Below the pieces are notes generated by a model, which worked only from the letters and a program-made list of their open reading frames with translations, ran no database searches and was not told where the DNA came from. DNA of 63,865 nt, counting the filler, from Choristocarpus tenellus KU-1152 (Eukaryota > Protista > Phaeophyceae): NCBI GenBank assembly GCA_964200185.2. It is 4 parts of 4 records of this genome, joined end to end, with 100 filler letters (N's around TTAATTAATTAA, not from the genome) between each part and the next. Parts side by side here need not be neighbours in the genome. Positions count along the whole stretch, not along the records: positions 58,381 to 60,965 come from CAXNAD020026530.1; positions 61,066 to 63,865 come from CAXNAD020024642.1; 2 more parts are not named here. One strand, written 5' to 3'. Both the position numbers and the translations under genes were made by a program. This document shows, piece after piece, positions 60,508-63,865 of the stretch (position 1 is the stretch's first letter; each line of letters starts with the position of its first letter).

Positions 60508-60965
60508 AACACAAGTACAAAAAAATCTCTTGACAGAGTTAAAAAGTGCTCCATACTTGTCTCCATGATACTACTTCAATATTTGACAAAAGCATGGCAT
60601 TAGATGCAAGGATTTTCTACCTTTTTTACGGTAGGTACTGTACTATACTCCAATATGTTAACCAATTTAACAATTTTGCCAAGGTATGGGTATGTAATGG
60701 TAATGCGTTTTTGTAAATTGCTTGTTTAGTAAACATTCTTTTTGACTCTTTCAATTATTTTTCTACTGTGTTTGTACACCTCCCTCGTACTTACCTGAAC
60801 ACCAATGGAAAGGCAAAAGGGAAAGCCTTTTCTTGTCTATGACACAAAAGAGGATACATGCTACCTATTGCTGGCTGGCAACCTACATGTGCAGAGAACC
60901 ATCTCCAACGCGTCTGAACTTACCATCACCACGACTTTTGACCCAAAGTATCAAGGGGGGAGGGG

Positions 60966-61065
60966 NNNNNNNNNNNNNNNNNNNNNNNNNNNNNNNNNNN
61001 NNNNNNNNNTTAATTAATTAANNNNNNNNNNNNNNNNNNNNNNNNNNNNNNNNNNNNNNNNNNNN
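60966..61065. other. Artificial contig linker
   Basis: Same 100-nt cassette, with TTAATTAATTAA at 61010-61021. Confidence 0.95.
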
Positions 61066-62626
61066 GGGAGGTTGTAGGGGGCGTGGGGCTAGAGTGGCTA
61101 GGGGTTATGGGTAATGGGCCAGCGGCGCGTGGGAAGACGGCCCTGGGGTTAGCACTGATGGCTCTGGAAGGATCACGGTTGAAGGGAATGACTGCTGATA
61201 ATTGGTCGTTGTCAGCTGGGCAGCGGGAGCTGAGGCTTAGTGTGGGCACAAGGGTGAGTGATGATGTGGTGTTTATTGATATGAATATATGTGTGTATAT
61301 ATACGATGTTTGTGTGTGTTTCTATTTACTTGTGATGCTCAAGGAAGGGGAAAGGGGGGTGAAGTCCACCGAGATTGTTTGAATTGTGTATGTTTCTTTT
61401 GTATGTGTTTTCAGTTGTAGTTGACTGAATTGACCGACCTTGTGTTTTGTTTTCTGTTAAGAACTGAGAGAGTACGTTTGAGGATGATGAGGATGATGAG
61501 GATGATGATGGGTGAGAAATGGAGTACCAGTATCGCTGTGTGGCTAGACCTTGGGGTTTATTTGTTGGTAAGACCTTGAGTTTTCCAGGTCTTTGGGTGG
61601 GGGGGGAAGGAGGGTGGGGATGTTATATGACCTTGTGCACATGTGTGTGTATGGGTGATGCGCAAATCGTTGCGCCTTTCTTGAATTATGCTTTGATCTG
61701 TCGTAGTATGTATTTTTTATGATCTACTCATTACTTGTTGGTGTGCATTGCTGCAAGAAGTGGTCCCCAAATACGTGACTTTGAATGCATTTTTTTACCC
61801 CTTGTTCTTCAAAAGTGGGCCATTGGGATGCACTTGTTGTTTTTTCTATTTTTTTTTAATATGAATTTTGTTTGTTTGTTTGTTTCTATTTGGTTTGCTT
61901 TCTACCTTTTGCTTTTTTGGGTACTATTAATGGTACATTCCTAAAGGACATGGAAATTCTGTTACTCTTTAATGTATAAATATGTGGTATTATTGCTATA
62001 TGTAGTGGTATCGAGAGTACTAAGTAGTCCCTAACAAGATTTTGCACTCTTGATAGTAAAATGGAATCTGTGATTTCCACATGTAACACAACACATTGGC
62101 CAGGTCAGGCCAGGCTGGGTCACCCAGGATGTTCAAAGTCAAAAGAGGTGAAATCAGGGGTGTGAGAGAGATCAGGGAGAGACCTACCTATCCGCCTCTC
62201 TCCTCCCCAAGAAAGGAGTGTTTTAATAGAGTTCCCTCCCCCTCCAAACCCTCCCCAACCCCTGCACTTCCTATCTAATTAAGACCACTCTCCCCCTTCA
62301 CCCCTCAGCTCTCTATGACCCCAGCAGATGTATGCCTGCTCTGTGGCGCAGTGAGACCCAACCTGTGGCTGCGTTCTTTGGTTCTGGATGGAGTTGCACT
62401 GGACCTGGATGGCATCGTTCACCTCTCACGAGCGCTGAGGGGGAACAGGGCAGTTGGTCGGGTGTCCCTCCAGGGTTGTGGGCTAGGGGATGCGGAGGCT
62501 ACAGTGTTGCTGGAGCTGCTGGTGGACAAGCCTGGGTTGGAGGTGGAGTGTTGTGGGGAGGGGGGTGGGGGTGAGGTTGGTGTGGTTGGCAATGGCAATG
62601 TGTTCAGCGAGGAGATGGAAGTGAGG
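61066..62626 (+). CDS. Leucine-rich repeat protein (RI/NLRC3-like LRR), partial internal exons
   Basis: Exon 61066-61253 starts at the gap edge and ends AGG|GTGAGT. It joins in phase 0 to exon 62309-62626 (CAG|CTC...; RPNLWLRSLVLDGVALDLDGIVHLSRALRGNRAVGRVSLQGCGLGDAEA, RI-like LRR pattern). A further exon may begin at about 62998 (LSELLDLLSQD). Confidence 0.65.
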
Positions 62627-63254
62627 GTAAGATGTCCCTTGTTTCGCTTGAACATTTTATATTTTTTGTTGCAACTGTACATTTTGTTATGATACTGTTG
62701 CTTTGTATTTTTTGATCACTTTCAGGTGAGGTGAAATAATAAATGATGAGAATGGCAGTTTTGGTTGTAGATAGTATTAATTTGCTATACTAGAGAGTCT
62801 CGGAATATAAGGAAAAGAAGATCAAGGGGGGTGTAGCAATAATAAATAGCAACAATAATGCTATATTTTAATTAATTCGAAAGACAATGTTGTGGCATTG
62901 AAGGTGTGGATGTAACTTGGGTGAGTACTGTTGTACCTGCTGGGATGAATGCCATGAGTTAAATGCAATGTGAGGTCTGAAGTCTTTTAATTTTCAGCTC
63001 TCAGAGCTGTTAGATCTTCTGTCGCAGGACATGCCTGTTTTTTTGGGGGGGTGGGGTTATGGTTAGGGTTAGGGTTCGTCAAGATTTAGTGCTTGAACAC
63101 TTTAGTTAATAGTGTTGATGGTATGATAATGGGTAGGATTACTGGATTGTGATTGTGTAACTGTGAGACAGGATATGTCACATGGAGGAGTGTATGTCAA
63201 TAGTCAAGTGGTTATGTGTATGGCGAGGGTTGAGTAGATTGTATCATTTTGATA

Positions 63255-63382
63255 CTATTTGAATTCTATTTGAATTCTATTTGAATTCCATTTGAATTCT
63301 ATTTCAATTCTATTTCAATTCTATTTCAATTCTGTTTCAATTCTAATTCAATTCTATTTCAATACTATTTTAGTACTATTTT
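63255..63382 (+). repeat. 10-bp minisatellite (CTATTT[G/C]AATT)n
   Basis: About 12 units drifting from TTGAATTCTA to TTCAATTCTA. Confidence 0.9.
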
Positions 63383-63865
63383 AGCATTGTTGTATGTTAC
63401 ATATTCCATGGATGGGACAAGGAAGGTCTGTTGTATCCACCTGAATGTGTCTCTTCTCAAGGGTGTTGGTACATTCAATTCTTGTGATATTTTCTTTGTC
63501 CAAGACAAATTGGTTAGTTCACTCGGAGAGGGTGAGGGTTAGGAAAATAATAGTAATAATAATATTATGATGTAGTGGAAGACTTTTTTCTTATTCTGAT
63601 CCGATTCTTTTGAGGTATCTCCAGTAAAATAAATAAATAGAAGGAACAGTTCCCTCCCACCTGGGGAAGTGTATCACCCTTCTACTGTCCCTTGGTGATA
63701 CACCTCACTTGGCCTAGTTTAGTAGGAGAATTAGTAGGTGAATAAGTACCTCAAAGGTGAGATAGCACATTTGCATTTTTTTTTGTGGGGGGGGGGGGGG
63801 GGGGGGGGGGGGTGGGGGGGGGGGGGGGGGTTTTTTTTTCGGCCGTTTCATTGGGTGTTTTTGTT

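Noticed and set aside
63787-63840. Poly-G tract as a G-quadruplex element
   Set aside because: A homopolymer near the window end; similar G-runs occur in MITE B and at assembly breaks, so its length is unreliable.

Overview
This is intron-rich eukaryotic genomic DNA, most consistent with a stramenopile such as a brown alga or relative (inferred from gene structure and protein sequences, not proven). It is a join of at least four contigs: 100-nt N spacers carrying TTAATTAATTAA sit at 31120-31219, 58281-58380 and 60966-61065, so adjacency across them is not biological. Four spliced genes could be reconstructed by hand. (1) An 11-exon CDKC/CDK9-family kinase on the minus strand (9242-18358, about 403 aa, PITSIRE helix, DWG in place of DFG). 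(2) The 3' part of a CaMK-like non-RD kinase (31220-37077, +). (3) A complete 6-exon TCTP gene (44543-49729, +, 177 aa). (4) A partial RI-type LRR gene (61066-62626, +). An orphan P-loop exon with an in-frame TGA lies at 28405-28584. The rest is largely decayed transposon sequence: a DD39D-clade mariner with D40D spacing and related Stowaway-like ends, two related MITE families with 4-bp TSDs (12 copies), an RTE LINE abutting the TCTP promoter, a CRE/RLE non-LTR element, a gag remnant, and a 3' LTR with four TGACGT boxes. I found no CRISPR array, rRNA, tRNA or prokaryotic system, and no new biological system that the sequence alone proves. The best leads are CpG-island-like promoters, the TGACGT-rich LTR, a 3-kb decayed glycoprotein-like ORF, and a local array of hairpin modules at about 20-24 kb.
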